Positions 20,797 through 32,553 are shown, numbered from the stretch's first letter. The stretch: 64,000 nucleotides of DNA from an uncultured Verrucomicrobiae bacterium (GCA_963726745.1 CAVSDR010000006.1:736001-800000); one strand, 5' to 3'. Notes: a model not told the origin generated them from the letters alone. Made by a program: numbers and translations.

Positions 20797-20911
20797 TTGT
20801 CAGTTGGTGGTTCCGCCTCGGTCGTTATATGACAACAAAATGATCGCGGCAGAATTTCGCGGAATCCGCGCACGGTCGGTCATATAAATCCCACTTGCGC
20901 CCACTAATTGC

Positions 20912-21462
20912 ATGAATGGGCAGGAACTGGAGACGAGGAGCGAAGCGGCGAGCGAGCCGGCTGACCTTTCGGCGCAGCTCGCCGAGCTTCACGAAATGAG
21001 CTACGGCTGGGCGTTGAGTTGCTGTTCGCCAATGCCGCCGACGCGGAGGATATTTTGCAGACGTTTACCAGAAAATTTTGCAGGGCCGGGCAGTTTCGAC
21101 GGCCGCTCCACGCTCAAGACCTGGCTCTTCGCCGTGATCCGCAGAACGGCGGCCGAGAACGGCGGCGGCGCTATTTCCGGCTGCTCCGATTGGGCGGCTA
21201 TGCGCGCGAACACGAAGACGATTTCGAGCCGGCAGAACGCGGCGCCGGCCTGGAGAACGCCGAGCGCCTGGGAATTTTCGCCAAGCCTTGGCGAAACTGC
21301 CGCGCCGCCAACAGGAGGTGCTCCATCTGGTTTTTTACCAGGACCTGACGATCGAGTCCGCCGCGCAGGCGATGGGCGTCTCGTTAGGCTCGGCCGCACG
21401 CACTACGAACGCGGAAAACGCCGGCTGGGCGAACGGCTGCGCACCTCGGAGCAATTTCATGA
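20912..21462 (+). CDS. ECF sigma factor (frameshifted)
   Basis: ADAEDILQ, FDGRSTLKTWLFAVIRRTA, LPRRQQEVLHLVFYQDLTIESAAQAMGVSLGS, RTHYERGK spread over frames. Confidence 0.8.
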
Positions 21463-21826
21463 GGCTGAAGACCAGCAACTGCGCGAGCTTTTTGCCGGTC
21501 TCCGCCAGGAAGACGCGAAGCGAGCCCCGGCGTTTCACCGCGTCGTGCGCCCGGCTTCTGCGAAAGCGGCGGCCCGGTCTTCGCGTGGTGGCCGATCGCC
21601 GCGGGACTGGCGGTGGTCGTCTGGTCTTGGCGCTCGGGCATGTGCGCGAGAGCCGGCCCATCTACGCGAGCAACCCGAAAGCTGGGCCGCGCTTACCAAT
21701 TGGCGCGCCTCGACGACGACCTCCTGCCGACTTCGACCGCGGCCTTATCCGGCAAATTCAGCACCCCACCGATTCCTGGATCGACGATTCGCCAACACCA
21801 CCACCAGCGAGGACCAGAAACTATGA
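21459..21826 (+). CDS. Putative small anti-sigma factor (frameshifted)
   Basis: EDQQLRELFAGLRQEDAKRAPAF, located between the sigma and Spy-like genes. Confidence 0.5.
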
Positions 21827-22300
21827 AGATCAAATACTACCTCCTCAGCATGCTTCTTATCGCAGCAGCACCGTCTGCGCGCAAGGCCCACCGCCCGGTG
21901 GTCCATGGGGGGACCGATGGGCCCGCCACCGGGGGGACCGGGCGGCGGCGGTCATCGAGAGGGCGGCGGCCCACCTCCTGGCGGCGATAAGTTAATGGAG
22001 AATTTCTTCCCGGGGGATTTGGTCATGCGCAATCAGAAGGCGATCAGCCTGACCGCCGAGCAGCAGACCGCTATCCGCACCGAGATGCAGAAAACCATGT
22101 CGCGTTTCACCGAGTTGAAGTGGCAGCAGAGCGCCGAGGAAGAAACCATGGACGCGCTGGTCAAGGCGGATCACCCGGACGAAAAGCAGGTGCTCGCACA
22201 ACTGGACAAACTCCTGAGCATCGAGGACGAAATGAAGCGCCTCCATCTCGGCACGATGGTCCGGATCAAGAACATCCTGACCACTGAGCAGCAGATGTAA
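21823..22300 (+). CDS. Spy/CpxP-like periplasmic protein (frameshifted 5' part)
   Basis: Signal peptide MKIKYYLLSMLL; LTAEQQ and LTTEQQ (LTXXQ) motifs. Confidence 0.75.
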
Positions 22301-22417
22301 ACTGCGCGAGTTGAAGCGGCAGAACCGTCCGGCGGAACAAGGTAAATCGCAGCAATCGATGCAGCCGCCCCGTGGCGCGCAACCACCCCCGCGGCGGGCG
22401 CATACCGGTGCTGAAAC

Positions 22418-24721
22418 CTAAAAGCGCATCTTCACGCCACCGTAGTAATTCCGGCGCGACGCGGGGACGATGCCTTCGTCGCGCACTTCGGCCCAGAAAT
22501 CTTCGTCGAAGAGATTGTTGATCCCGGCGAAGACTCCGAAGCGCTCCTCCCGGCCGAAGTTATACTCCGCGGTCAGGTCCCAGACGGTGTGCGCCGGGAT
22601 CTCGCGTTGGAAGGTGTTGTTCGCGTCGGCAAAACTCTGGTCGACATACGTCCCGATGAGGCCGGCCTTGATCGTTTCGTGGAAGTGATAAACGCCGCCG
22701 ACCTTAACCAGGTAATCCGGCGCGTAGCTCGGGGTGAAGCCGCTGTTTGGCCCAGAGGTAAACTCGGCATCGAGCAGGGTGATGTTGCCGTAGAAGTTGA
22801 GCTTGCCGAAAGGCGATTCGCTCCCGCCATGGAGCACCGCGAGCAGGTCGACTTCGGCTGCGGCCTCGATCCCGCGGAAGCGCGCATCGCCCACGTTCCC
22901 GGTGGAGGCGGCGCCATTAGCCAGCGAGATGTCGCCCACCTGGTCCTCGAAATTGAAGAAGAATCCGCTCACGTCGAAACTCAGGTAAGGCAAAGGCTTC
23001 CCGCGCAGGCCGAGCTCAAACTGAAGCGAGCGCCCTTCTTTCAGGTCGCCATTGACCACGCCGTTCGCGCTGGTCGGCACGAGCTCGCCATAGGTCCGCG
23101 GGCGGTAAGCCTGCGCCACTGTCCCGTAAACTTCGAGGCGCGGCGGGCCTTGCGGGGTCATCACCGGGACGATGTTTTTGCCATCGCTGCCGGCGGTGGT
23201 GGGCGCGACGCCTTCGAGGAGGACGTAGTTTGCGCCGAGGCCGAAGAGCGGGATGAAATTGAAGTCCGAGCTCGAGTTCAAGGTCGCGCGGCTGATGTTG
23301 AACTCCTCCTCCACCCCTTGGTCGAGGAACTCCAGCCGCATCCCTGGGGTGATCGAAAGCCGCCCGAACTTGAAGCGGTTCTCGGCGAAGATCGCGCCGT
23401 CCCAGGTCTCGCCCGTGTTCAGGTTGCGCAGTTGCCCGTCGCTCGCGCCTGGAGTGGCGCCGCGTTTGTCCGTCCGGTCCTGGACCGCGTGGTAGAAATA
23501 CAAGCCGCCGGCAAAAGTCGAGGTGTCGCCGCCTAACGAGTAATCATGCCGCAGGCGCAGCTCCGCGCCCTCGGTCCAATCCTCGCGATCCTGGATCGAG
23601 TTCGTGGCCGCCGCGCCGCCGCTCGGCCGCGTGCCGAATCCGCCGCCGCGCTGGCGCTGGCTATAGCGCGAGAGGTAGCCGCCCCAAGCCTTCACCTCGA
23701 GACGCGTCTGCTCGCCCAGGAGCTTCTGGTATTCCAGGGTCGCGAAGTAGCGCTCCAGGCGGAAGAGATCGAAGAAGCGCGTGCTCGCGTTCCGATCGTC
23801 CTCGTAGTAGCGGGAGTTCGCCGGGTTCACCGCTTCGCGCCGACGCAAGCCGCCGGGTTCGCCGTGCTCTTCGTAGTAGGCGTCGAGCGTCAGGATAAAG
23901 CGGCTGGAATCGTCCACGTCCAGGACCAGCTTCACGCTCCCGGCATTCAAATCGTAGCCGCCGTTCGCCTCGCGAAAACCTTCGCGCTCGCGGTGATCGT
24001 AGTAGGCGTAGTAGCTCGCCGCGCCCAGCTTCCCGCTCAGCGAAGTGAAATTTTGGAAGAGCTCGTCGGAGCCGTAGAGATTCTTGGTGAAGAACTCAAA
24101 CGGCACATCGCGCCGCGGCATCTTGCTGATGAAATTGATCGCGCCGCCGGGTTGCGGACCGAACTGCAGCGAGGCCCCCGCGCGCAGGAACTCGATCCGC
24201 TCGACCGCGTCCAGGATCGGCGTGTAATGCGCTTCCGGGAAGCCGAACTGCTCGTTCTTGATCGAGACGCCGTCCTTCAAAATTTGGGTGAACTCACTGC
24301 GCTGCGAGTCGAGCCCGCGGTAGCCGAAATTGATGATCGGCGACGACGGCTCCTCGCTCACGAGCAGACCGGGCGTGGTCGCGAGCACCTCGCGGTAATT
24401 GTTGTTCGCCACGCTCGGGAATTCCTCCGGCTTCACGAACGAGCTCTTCTTGCCGGAGTTAATCCGCGTCCCTTCCACTTCCGGCAGCGCGGGATATTCC
24501 ACCGGCTCGACTTCGAAGCCGCGCACGACCACGTGCTCCAGGTCGACCGTGCGGCCGCTCACCTGCGCGAGCGTGATCTCGCTGTCTGTTTGCGGAAGGC
24601 GCTCACCCTGGGCGTTAAACGACGGTCGCGCTTCGGTCTCGCCAAGCACTGCGGTGATCGCACAAAAAGGCGTGGCGGCGACGAGCGTGAGGGGGAGAAC
24701 CGAGGAAAACAACGAGCGCAT
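22418..24721 (-). CDS. TonB-dependent receptor (FecA-like)
   Basis: Plug motif ERIEFLRAGASLQFGPQPGGAINF; NNLFDED; C-terminal YYGGVKMRF. Confidence 0.92.
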   Translation of the reverse strand: MRSLFSSVLPLTLVAATPFCAITAVLGETEARPSFNAQGERLPQTDSEITLAQVSGRTVDLEHVVVRGFEVEPVEYPALPEVEGTRINSGKKSSFVKPEEFPSVANNNYREVLATTPGLLVSEEPSSPIINFGYRGLDSQRSEFTQILKDGVSIKNEQFGFPEAHYTPILDAVERIEFLRAGASLQFGPQPGGAINFISKMPRRDVPFEFFTKNLYGSDELFQNFTSLSGKLGAASYYAYYDHREREGFREANGGYDLNAGSVKLVLDVDDSSRFILTLDAYYEEHGEPGGLRRREAVNPANSRYYEDDRNASTRFFDLFRLERYFATLEYQKLLGEQTRLEVKAWGGYLSRYSQRQRGGGFGTRPSGGAAATNSIQDREDWTEGAELRLRHDYSLGGDTSTFAGGLYFYHAVQDRTDKRGATPGASDGQLRNLNTGETWDGAIFAENRFKFGRLSITPGMRLEFLDQGVEEEFNISRATLNSSSDFNFIPLFGLGANYVLLEGVAPTTAGSDGKNIVPVMTPQGPPRLEVYGTVAQAYRPRTYGELVPTSANGVVNGDLKEGRSLQFELGLRGKPLPYLSFDVSGFFFNFEDQVGDISLANGAASTGNVGDARFRGIEAAAEVDLLAVLHGGSESPFGKLNFYGNITLLDAEFTSGPNSGFTPSYAPDYLVKVGGVYHFHETIKAGLIGTYVDQSFADANNTFQREIPAHTVWDLTAEYNFGREERFGVFAGINNLFDEDFWAEVRDEGIVPASRRNYYGGVKMRF

Positions 24722-24790
24722 AGCCGCGAAGAAAAGTCGAAGCTCCAGCGCCGCGCAAGAACTTTATGACAAACCTGTAATTTTCACGCC

Positions 24791-25351
24791 ATGCCGACAA
24801 TTGATCCCCTGCCTACCGGCCACGCCGGGTTTGCCCAGCGTCTCGCGCTTGGGCCGCGCCTCGATCCGACCGCTTTCGTCGTGCCCGGCGCCACCGTCGT
24901 GGGCGATGTCACGCTCGAAGCCGAGGCGAGCGTTTGGTTCGGCGCCGTCCTCCGCGGCGACATCAACCGCATCGTCGTTGGCCCGCAATCCAACGTGCAG
25001 GACAACGCCGTCCTCCATCTTTCCGACGACTTTCCCGCACTCCTCGGCGCGCGCGTGACCGTAGGCCACGGCGCGATCGTGCACGCCTGCGCGGTCGACG
25101 ACGAATGCCTCATCGGCATGGGCGCGGTCGTGCTCGACGGCGCGGAAATCGGCGCGCGCTCGATCATTGGCGCAAACGCCCTCGTCACTGTCGGCGCGAA
25201 GATTCCGCCCGGCTCGCTCGTGCTCGGTTCGCCGGGGAAAGTGGTGCGCTCGCTCTCACCGGAGGAGCAGGCCGGCATCCGGCATTGGGCGCTCAAATAC
25301 GTCGAGAACGCGCGTCTCTTTAGGGAGCACTACGAAGCAACTGCTCGTTAG
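24791..25351 (+). CDS. Gamma carbonic anhydrase family protein
   Basis: SVWFGAVLRGD, SNVQDNAVLH, TVGHGAIVHAC hexapeptide repeats. Confidence 0.92.
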   Translation: MPTIDPLPTGHAGFAQRLALGPRLDPTAFVVPGATVVGDVTLEAEASVWFGAVLRGDINRIVVGPQSNVQDNAVLHLSDDFPALLGARVTVGHGAIVHACAVDDECLIGMGAVVLDGAEIGARSIIGANALVTVGAKIPPGSLVLGSPGKVVRSLSPEEQAGIRHWALKYVENARLFREHYEATAR

Positions 25352-26426
25352 CCAATTCCCGCGCGCGTTCGCGCAAAAACTCCGCCGGCCGCGCGAGCGC
25401 GTCGGCTATTTCCACCGGCGGCCGCGCCACTTCGTAGACCGCGTCGAACACGCTTCCGGCGGCGATGTCTTCCACGGTTCCGACAATCGCGAAGACCCGC
25501 TTCCCGGCAGCACGCGCCATGGCGGCCACGCCCGCCGGCGCCTTCCCCTCGGCGGTCTGCGCATCGAGCCGGCCTTCGCCGGTAATCACGATGTCGGCCG
25601 CGCGAATCGCCTCCCGGAGGCCGATCTGCTCCGCCACGATCTCAAATCCCGGGCGCACGGTCGCGCCGCAAAAAGTCATCAACCCGAAGCCCAAACCACC
25701 CGCCGCGCCCGCGCCCGGCGTCGCTCGAAAGTCGCGCCCGAAAGTTTCCGCCGCCACGTCAGCCAGTCGCTCCAACGCGCGCTCCAAGGTTGCTGTCTGT
25801 TCCGGCGTCACGCCCTTCTGCGGACCAAAAACGCGCGTCGCCCCACGCTCGCCGAGGAGGGGATTGCGCACGTCCGCCGCGGCTGTCATTGGCGGCAACT
25901 TCAAGCCGCGCGGCGCCTCGATTCGCTGGAGCCGCGCGAGCCCCGGGACGCGCTCGCCGATCTCCGCGCCCTTCGCATCGAGCAAGCGAAAACCGAGCGC
26001 GCGCGCCAGGCCGGACCCGCCGTCATTGGTCGCGCTCCCACCTAGGCCGATGATGATCTTCTCAACCCCGAGCCCGATCGCAGCCAGCAACATCTGCCCG
26101 GTGCCAAAAGTGGAAGCTGCCAGCGGATGGTGCTCGTTAGGCCGCAACCGCCACAGCCCGGAGGCCTGGCTCATCTCCAGGACCGCGACGCGCTCCGCCG
26201 CCACGCGATAGCGCGCCGTAACCGCACGTCCCAGCGGATCGCACACCGTGCATTCCTGTTCCTCGCCGCCAATCGCTTCCGCCGTTCCCTCCCCGCCATC
26301 CGCCACCGGCAGGCAGACAATCTCCGCCGCCGGCAAAACCTCGCGCAATCCCTCAGCGATTGCTGCCGCCACCGCCGCCGCGCCTAACGAGCCCTTGAAC
26401 TTATCCGGCGCGATCAGGATGCGCAT
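25320..26426 (-). CDS. glxK: Glycerate kinase
   Basis: IAPDKFKGSL, ADGGEGT, GGSATNDGG, GAGAAGGLG, TGEGRLD. Confidence 0.93.
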   Translation of the reverse strand: MRILIAPDKFKGSLGAAAVAAAIAEGLREVLPAAEIVCLPVADGGEGTAEAIGGEEQECTVCDPLGRAVTARYRVAAERVAVLEMSQASGLWRLRPNEHHPLAASTFGTGQMLLAAIGLGVEKIIIGLGGSATNDGGSGLARALGFRLLDAKGAEIGERVPGLARLQRIEAPRGLKLPPMTAAADVRNPLLGERGATRVFGPQKGVTPEQTATLERALERLADVAAETFGRDFRATPGAGAAGGLGFGLMTFCGATVRPGFEIVAEQIGLREAIRAADIVITGEGRLDAQTAEGKAPAGVAAMARAAGKRVFAIVGTVEDIAAGSVFDAVYEVARPPVEIADALARPAEFLRERARELANEQLLRSAP

Positions 26427-26433
26427 TGGAGAG

Positions 26434-27882
26434 CTAGCCTCCAAGCTTCCGCGCAAGGATCTCGCCGACGAGCTGCGGGTTCGCCTGCCCCTTCGAGAGC
26501 TTCATCACCTGCCCCTTGAGGAAATTGAGCGAGGCCACATTCCCCGCGCGATAATCCGCCGCCGGCTTGGGGTTCGCCGCGATCGCCTCGTCGCAGAAGG
26601 CCTCGATCGCGCCGGCATCGCTCACTTGCTCGATCCCCTTTTCGCGCACGATTTCGGCCGCGCCCTTTCCGCTGGCGAACATCTCCGCGAAAACTTCCTT
26701 CGCCTGTTTGCCGCTGATCGTCCCGGCCTCGATCAGGTTGACTAATTCGTCGAGCGACTCGGGCGTCACCGGGCAATCGGCGATCGTTTTGCCGGAATTA
26801 GCCAGCGCATTCTGGAGCTCGTTCAGGATCCAGTTGGCCACGCTCTTGGGCTTCCGCGCGCCGCGGGCCGCGCGCTCGAAGTAGTCGGCTAACGACAAGT
26901 CGCTGGCTAAAACGCCGGCGTCGTACGCGCTCACTTCATACTGCGCGATGAAGCGCGCCTGCTTCGCCGCGGGCAACTCCGGCACACGCGCGCGCATCTC
27001 CTCCAGCAGCGGTGCGGTGTGCACCGGGACGAGGTCGGGATCGGGGAAATAGCGGTAGTCATGCGCGCTTTCCTTCGTGCGCATGAGGAAGGTTTTGCCG
27101 GCGGCGTCGTCCCAACCGCGCGTCTCCTGCGCGAGTGTTTCGCCCGCGGCCAGGGCCGCCGCCTGCCGCTCGATCTCGTAGGCTAAAGCCCGGCGCACTC
27201 CGCTGATCGAGTTCATGTTCTTGATCTCGATTTTCGCGCCTAACGACTCCTGTCCCGCCGGCCGCAGCGAGACGTTGCAATCGCAGCGGAGCTGGCCCTT
27301 TTCCATATCCGCATCGCTCACCCCGCCATAGATCAGGATTTGCCGGAGGGCGGTCAGGAAAGCGAAAGCTTCCTCCGGCGTTTCGATCGTCGGCTCGGTC
27401 ACGATCTCCATCAAGGGCGTGCCCGCACGGTTGAAATCGATTCCGCTCTGGCTCTCGAAGTGGAAGCTCTTGGCCACATCTTCCTCCAGATGAATTCGGA
27501 CTAACGACACCTGCTTCTCGCGCGCTTTCTTTTGCGCGTCCTTCGGGAAGGCGAGCGGATGCAGCGTCACCCGGCCGCCGGTGCAAAGTGGCTCGTCGTA
27601 TTGCGTGATCTGATAATTCTTCGCGACGTCGGGGTAGAAGTAATTCTTCCGGTCGAATTTGCTCACCGCCGGGATCGCACAGTCGAGCATCAAGCCAGTG
27701 AGCACGGTCAGCCGCAGCGCCTCGTGATTGATCACTGGCAAGGCGCCCGGCAAACCAAGACAGGTCGGGCAGGTCTGCGTGTTTGCCTCCGCGCCGAAGC
27801 CGGTCGCGCAGGCGCAGAACATCTTCGAGCGCGTGCGCAATTGCACGTGCACCTCGAGGCCGATGGAGGTCAGATACTTCAC
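26434..27882 (-). CDS. gatB: Asp/Glu-tRNA amidotransferase subunit B
   Basis: IGLEVHVQL, FDRKNYFYPD, DFNRAGTPLMEIV, DYRYFPDPDL; GTG start overlaps the upstream stop. Confidence 0.96.
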   Translation of the reverse strand: MKYLTSIGLEVHVQLRTRSKMFCACATGFGAEANTQTCPTCLGLPGALPVINHEALRLTVLTGLMLDCAIPAVSKFDRKNYFYPDVAKNYQITQYDEPLCTGGRVTLHPLAFPKDAQKKAREKQVSLVRIHLEEDVAKSFHFESQSGIDFNRAGTPLMEIVTEPTIETPEEAFAFLTALRQILIYGGVSDADMEKGQLRCDCNVSLRPAGQESLGAKIEIKNMNSISGVRRALAYEIERQAAALAAGETLAQETRGWDDAAGKTFLMRTKESAHDYRYFPDPDLVPVHTAPLLEEMRARVPELPAAKQARFIAQYEVSAYDAGVLASDLSLADYFERAARGARKPKSVANWILNELQNALANSGKTIADCPVTPESLDELVNLIEAGTISGKQAKEVFAEMFASGKGAAEIVREKGIEQVSDAGAIEAFCDEAIAANPKPAADYRAGNVASLNFLKGQVMKLSKGQANPQLVGEILARKLGG

Positions 27883-28730
27883 GGCTTCTCCTTCTCCTCT
27901 TCCGCGAAGCCAAGCGCTTTCCGGAGGTCGAAGCGCTTGACCGCGCGCGCGATTTCCGGGTCGTTGGCCACCTCGATCAAACGGGGATCTTGCAGGAGCT
28001 GCCAAAATTTTCCCTCAGCCAGCAGGCGCTGGATTTCGGGGTCGGCGCGGAGCGCGAGGATCTTCGGGTGATCAGCCACTTCGGCGACGCCGGGATAGGA
28101 GAGGAAGCGCGAGGCGCGCTCCGGCTTGCTGAAGGTTTCGCCCAGTTTAGCCAGCGTTTCGTAGACGCCCGCGGGGAGGATATCGGCCTGCCGCACGACT
28201 TCGCCCACCGGTCCGAGCTCGATCGAATTTTTCAGCCGCGCCATCGAGGCCACAAGGTCTTCGCTTGACCGCGGGGTAGCCGCGCGGGTTTGCGCTTCCG
28301 CGACGGCGCCGATCGAGCGGATCCCGATGACCAGCAGCCAGATGAAAAAGATTCCGAAGAACAAGCCAAGGACCGCGCCGGTGATCCCATAGACCATCCG
28401 CACGAGCGAAGAACCCTGCTGCGCGGTGCGCTTGAAGAGGATCGTGCCGACCGCGTTGATGATGGAGTAGACCACCGCCGCGAGGATGATCCCGCCGACC
28501 GCGGAGATGACGAAATCCGGCACCTGCAAAACTGGTCGCAGGAAAGGCAGCAGGAGTCCTCCGCCGAAAAACGCCGCTGCATAAGCCGCCAGGAGCGCGC
28601 CCAGCCTAACGAGTTGTCGGGGAAGCCCGAGGCGCCAGCCGCGCACGACCTCGAAGAGGAGCAGGACGACCGCGAAAGAAACAAAAACCGTCTGCCAAAG
28701 CGGCGAGCCGGCGATGAAGCTTTCCTTCAT
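27879..28730 (-). CDS. CvpA family membrane protein
   Basis: VRGWRLGL...GAVLGLFFG with four TM segments. Confidence 0.75.
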   Translation of the reverse strand: MKESFIAGSPLWQTVFVSFAVVLLLFEVVRGWRLGLPRQLVRLGALLAAYAAAFFGGGLLLPFLRPVLQVPDFVISAVGGIILAAVVYSIINAVGTILFKRTAQQGSSLVRMVYGITGAVLGLFFGIFFIWLLVIGIRSIGAVAEAQTRAATPRSSEDLVASMARLKNSIELGPVGEVVRQADILPAGVYETLAKLGETFSKPERASRFLSYPGVAEVADHPKILALRADPEIQRLLAEGKFWQLLQDPRLIEVANDPEIARAVKRFDLRKALGFAEEEKEKP

Positions 28731-29818
28731 CTCGCTGGCAAATTCACCGCGCGCTGGCGTAGCGCATGGTCGCAGAGGACGAGCGCCGCCATCGCCTCGA
28801 CCATCGGCACGGCGCGCGGCAGGACGCAAGGATCGTGGCGTCCGCGGGCCGCGAGCGTCGTCTCCTCGCCGGAAGTGGTCACGGTCTGCTGCGGGCGCGC
28901 AATCGTGGCCGTGGGCTTGAAAGCGACCCGGAAAACGATGTCCTCGCCGTTGCTGATCCCGCCCTGCACACCGCCGGAGCGGTTCGACTGCGTCCGCACC
29001 GCACCGCCGCGCATTTCGAAAGCGTCGTTATGCTCCGAGCCTTTCATCCGCGTGGCCGCAAACCCGGAGCCAAGCTCGAAGCCTTTCGTCGCTGGCAGGC
29101 TCAACATTGCTTTCGCGAGGTCGGCCTCGAGCTTGTCGAAGACCGGCTCACCCAGGCCCGCGGGCACGCCGCGCAGGACGCACTCAATGATGCCGCCTAA
29201 CGAGTCGCCTTCCGCGCGTGCTTGCTGGATGGCCTCGATCATCCGCGCGGCGGCGTCGCGGTCGGGACAGCGGACGGCATTGGCTTCCACCTGTGCGCGC
29301 GTGATCGCCGCCGGATCGAGCGCAGCCGCGATCGTGTGCACGCTGGCGACGTAAGCCACGATCTCCAACTCGCTGGCTAAATGAGCCAGCACTTTGCGCG
29401 CGACCGCGCCGGCAGCGACGCGGCCAATGGTTTCGCGCGCGGAAGCGCGGCCGCCGCCCTGCCAGTTTCGAATGCCGTATTTCGCCTCGTAGGTGAAGTC
29501 GGCATGCGACGGGCGAAAAGTTTGCGCCATCTCCGCGTAGGCCTCCGGCCGCGCGTCGGTGTTGCGGACCAGGATGGCGATCGGCGTGCCGAGCGTGTGG
29601 CCCTCGAAAATGCCGGATAAAATCTCCGCGCGATCGGCTTCTTTACGCTGGGTCACGATCTCGCTCTGGCCGGGACGCCGGCGATCCAATTCGACCTGCA
29701 GGTCCGCTTCGCTTAGGGCGATCCGCGGCGGGCAGCCATCGATGACCACACCCACGCCGCCGCCGTGGGATTCGCCCCAGGTGGTGATGCGGAAAAGGTG
29801 GCCAAAGGTGTTCGGCAT
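28727..29818 (-). CDS. aroC: Chorismate synthase
   Basis: [31 protein letters not shown]. Confidence 0.97.
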   Translation of the reverse strand: MPNTFGHLFRITTWGESHGGGVGVVIDGCPPRIALSEADLQVELDRRRPGQSEIVTQRKEADRAEILSGIFEGHTLGTPIAILVRNTDARPEAYAEMAQTFRPSHADFTYEAKYGIRNWQGGGRASARETIGRVAAGAVARKVLAHLASELEIVAYVASVHTIAAALDPAAITRAQVEANAVRCPDRDAAARMIEAIQQARAEGDSLGGIIECVLRGVPAGLGEPVFDKLEADLAKAMLSLPATKGFELGSGFAATRMKGSEHNDAFEMRGGAVRTQSNRSGGVQGGISNGEDIVFRVAFKPTATIARPQQTVTTSGEETTLAARGRHDPCVLPRAVPMVEAMAALVLCDHALRQRAVNLPAR

Positions 29819-29832
29819 CGCGCGCGCAGCGT

Positions 29833-30993
29833 CTACATCGCGGCAAAGGCCGTGCGGAGATCGTCCTTCAAATCCTCGACGTCCTCGACGCCGACACTTA
29901 ACCGGACGAGCGAATCAGTGATCCCGAGCTTGGCCCGCGTTTCCGGCGGGATCGAGCCGTGGGTCATGAGCGCCGGATGATTAATCAGGCTCTCGACGCC
30001 GCCTAACGACTCCGCGAGCGAGAAGAGGTGAGTGTTCTCGAGAAAACGCCGGGTGCCGGCGAGATCGGTGTCGAGCACGACCGTGACCATGCCGCCGAAG
30101 CCGCGCATCTGGCGCTTGGCCAACTCGTGCTGCGGATGGTCAGGCAGGCCCGGGTAGAAGAGCTTCGCGAGCTTCTTCTCGCTGGTGAGCCACTGTGCGA
30201 TCTCGAGGGCGTTTTGCGAATGTCGCTCCATCCGCAGGGCCAGCGTCTTCAAGCCGCGCATCGCGAGGAAGCTGTCGAACGGCCCGGCGATCGCGCCGAC
30301 CGCGTTCTGCAGGAATTGCATCTGGTCGGCTAATTCCTGGTTTTCCCCGACAACCGCGACGCCGCCAACCATGTCCGAGTGGCCGTTGAGATATTTCGTG
30401 GCCGAATGGATGACCATGTCGAAGCCAAGCTCGAGCGGCCGCTGCGCCCATGGGCTGGCGAAAGTGTTGTCCGAAACGCTGACCGCGCCGTGCTTCCGCG
30501 CGATCTGCGCGACCGCTTCCAGGTCGATCAATTTCAGCAGCGGATTGCTCGGCGTTTCCACCCAAACCATGCGCGTGTTCGGCTTGAAATGCTGCTCGAT
30601 CGCGGCCGCGTCCGACATGTCGATGAAGCTGAAATCGAGATTGGCCGAGCGGCGGCGGACTTTCTCGAAGAGGCGGAACGTCCCGCCATAGAGATCGTCG
30701 CTCACGAGCACGTGCGAGCCGCTCTCGAGAGTGTCGAGCGCGGTCGACATCGCGGCCAATCCGGAGGCAAAGGCCCAGCCGCGGGTGCCGCTCTCGAGAT
30801 CGGCGACGCACTTTTCGTAGGCCAGGCGCGTGGGATTGATCGAGCGCGAGTAATCGTAGCCCTTGTGCCGGCCCGGGCTTTCCTGGACGTAGGTCGAGGT
30901 CTGGTAGATCGGCGTCATGATCGCGCCCGTAGACGGATCGGGGGATTGGCCGGCGTGGATCGCGCGCGTGGCGAAGTCGTGCTGCTTCTTCAT
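29833..30993 (-). CDS. Cystathionine gamma-lyase/synthase
   Basis: [36 protein letters not shown]. Confidence 0.93.
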   Translation of the reverse strand: MKKQHDFATRAIHAGQSPDPSTGAIMTPIYQTSTYVQESPGRHKGYDYSRSINPTRLAYEKCVADLESGTRGWAFASGLAAMSTALDTLESGSHVLVSDDLYGGTFRLFEKVRRRSANLDFSFIDMSDAAAIEQHFKPNTRMVWVETPSNPLLKLIDLEAVAQIARKHGAVSVSDNTFASPWAQRPLELGFDMVIHSATKYLNGHSDMVGGVAVVGENQELADQMQFLQNAVGAIAGPFDSFLAMRGLKTLALRMERHSQNALEIAQWLTSEKKLAKLFYPGLPDHPQHELAKRQMRGFGGMVTVVLDTDLAGTRRFLENTHLFSLAESLGGVESLINHPALMTHGSIPPETRAKLGITDSLVRLSVGVEDVEDLKDDLRTAFAAM

Positions 30994-31072
30994 TGGCCGG
31001 AGAGATTACCCAGAATCTGTCCTTGCGCGATCTCCGCTGAGAATGCTGCCAATCGAAGTGACGCGCTGCGGG

Positions 31073-32527
31073 CTACGGCAGGGTCAAATCGTCGGCGGCC
31101 GGCGGCGTCTTCGACATCTGCAGCCGCAGGTAAGCGAGCAGGTCGGTGCGCGTGATCAGGCCGAGGAATTTCTCGCCGTTCATCAAGATGGCGACGCGGC
31201 CGCGATCGAAGACCGCGAGCAGGTCGGAGATCTTCGCGGTCGGCGAGAGCGTCTCCAGCCGATCGGTCATGGCGCTGCCTACTTTTTCGTTAAAGGCGGC
31301 CGCGTCCTGCGTCACTTTCACCAAGAGGTCGGACTCGTCGAGAATGCCGACGGCGCGGTTGGTCTCGTCGACCACCGGGAGCTGCGAGACGTCGGCGGCG
31401 CGCATGCGCTTAAAGGCCGTGAGCAAGCTGTCGTTAGGCCCCACGGAGATGACTTCGCCCTTCTCGTGCCGGCGCGAGATCAGGTCGCTCAGGTCGCCGT
31501 GCATCGGGCGCTTGGTGAAGCCCTGCTCGGCCATCCAGAAGTTGTTGTACATCTTCGAGAGGTATTTGTTGCCGGTGTCGCAAACGAAGGTGACCACGCG
31601 TTTCGGCTTGGTCTGCTGGCGGCAATAGCGGAGCGCGGCGGCCACGAGCGTGCCGGTGGAGGAACCGCCGAGAATGCCTTCCTGGCGCAAGAGTTCGCGC
31701 GCGACCGCGAAGCTTTCCGCGTCCGGGATTTCGAAGGCGTCGGTCACGTAGGAGAGGTCGGCGATATCGGGAATGAAATCCTCGCCAATGCCCTCAACCG
31801 CCCAACTGCCGGCTTCGGTCATCTTCTTGGTCTTGATGTACTCGTAGAGGATCGAGCCCTGCGGGTCGGCCAGGATCATCTCGATCCCGCGGCGCGGGCG
31901 GCAACGGGAGAAGAATTTCCCGAGTCCGCTCAACGTCCCGCCGGAGCCAACGCCAACTACGACCGCGTCCACTTCGTGGCGCATTTGCTCCCAGATTTCC
32001 GGGCCGGTGGAGCGCTCGTGCGCTGCCGGGTTCGCCGGGTTGCCGAACTGGTTCACGTAGAAAGCGCCGGGTATTTCCTCGGCCACCTTGGCGGCGACGT
32101 CCTGGTAATATTCCGGATGTCCGCGCGTCACATCGGAGCGGGCCATGCGCACCTCCGCGCCGAGGGCGCGCACGTGCGAAATTTTCTCCTGCGACATCTT
32201 GTCGGGAATGATCAGGACGCAGCGGTAGCCCTTGGCCGCAGCGATCAAGGCGAGGCCCAGGCCGGTATTGCCAGCGGTCGCTTCCACGATCGTGCCGCCG
32301 GGTTCCAGCAAGCCTTCGCGCTCGGCTTCCTCGATCATCGCCAAAGCGACGCGGTCCTTGATTGAGCCGGTCGGATTCTGGTTTTCGAGCTTGAGGAAAA
32401 GGCGGCAGGGACCGGTGTCCATCCGCGTGACCTCGACCAGCGGGGTGTCGCCGATCAGGCTGAGGATGGCCGGCGGTTTTCCGCGAGCGGCTTCGGCAGC
32501 GAGGATTTCGGTAGGGGCAAGGGTCAT
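31073..32527 (-). CDS. Cystathionine beta-synthase with CBS domains
   Basis: NPTGSIKDR, EATAGNTG, GSGGT, VEGIGED, C-terminal CBS pair. Confidence 0.92.
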   Translation of the reverse strand: MTLAPTEILAAEAARGKPPAILSLIGDTPLVEVTRMDTGPCRLFLKLENQNPTGSIKDRVALAMIEEAEREGLLEPGGTIVEATAGNTGLGLALIAAAKGYRCVLIIPDKMSQEKISHVRALGAEVRMARSDVTRGHPEYYQDVAAKVAEEIPGAFYVNQFGNPANPAAHERSTGPEIWEQMRHEVDAVVVGVGSGGTLSGLGKFFSRCRPRRGIEMILADPQGSILYEYIKTKKMTEAGSWAVEGIGEDFIPDIADLSYVTDAFEIPDAESFAVARELLRQEGILGGSSTGTLVAAALRYCRQQTKPKRVVTFVCDTGNKYLSKMYNNFWMAEQGFTKRPMHGDLSDLISRRHEKGEVISVGPNDSLLTAFKRMRAADVSQLPVVDETNRAVGILDESDLLVKVTQDAAAFNEKVGSAMTDRLETLSPTAKISDLLAVFDRGRVAILMNGEKFLGLITRTDLLAYLRLQMSKTPPAADDLTLP

Positions 32528-32553
32528 AAGAATTTAGTCAGCAGATTCTGGCT

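Noticed and set aside
20912..21826. Sigma/anti-sigma fusion ORF of 304 aa
   Set aside because: Patchwork of frames in an indel-rich zone; cannot be supported
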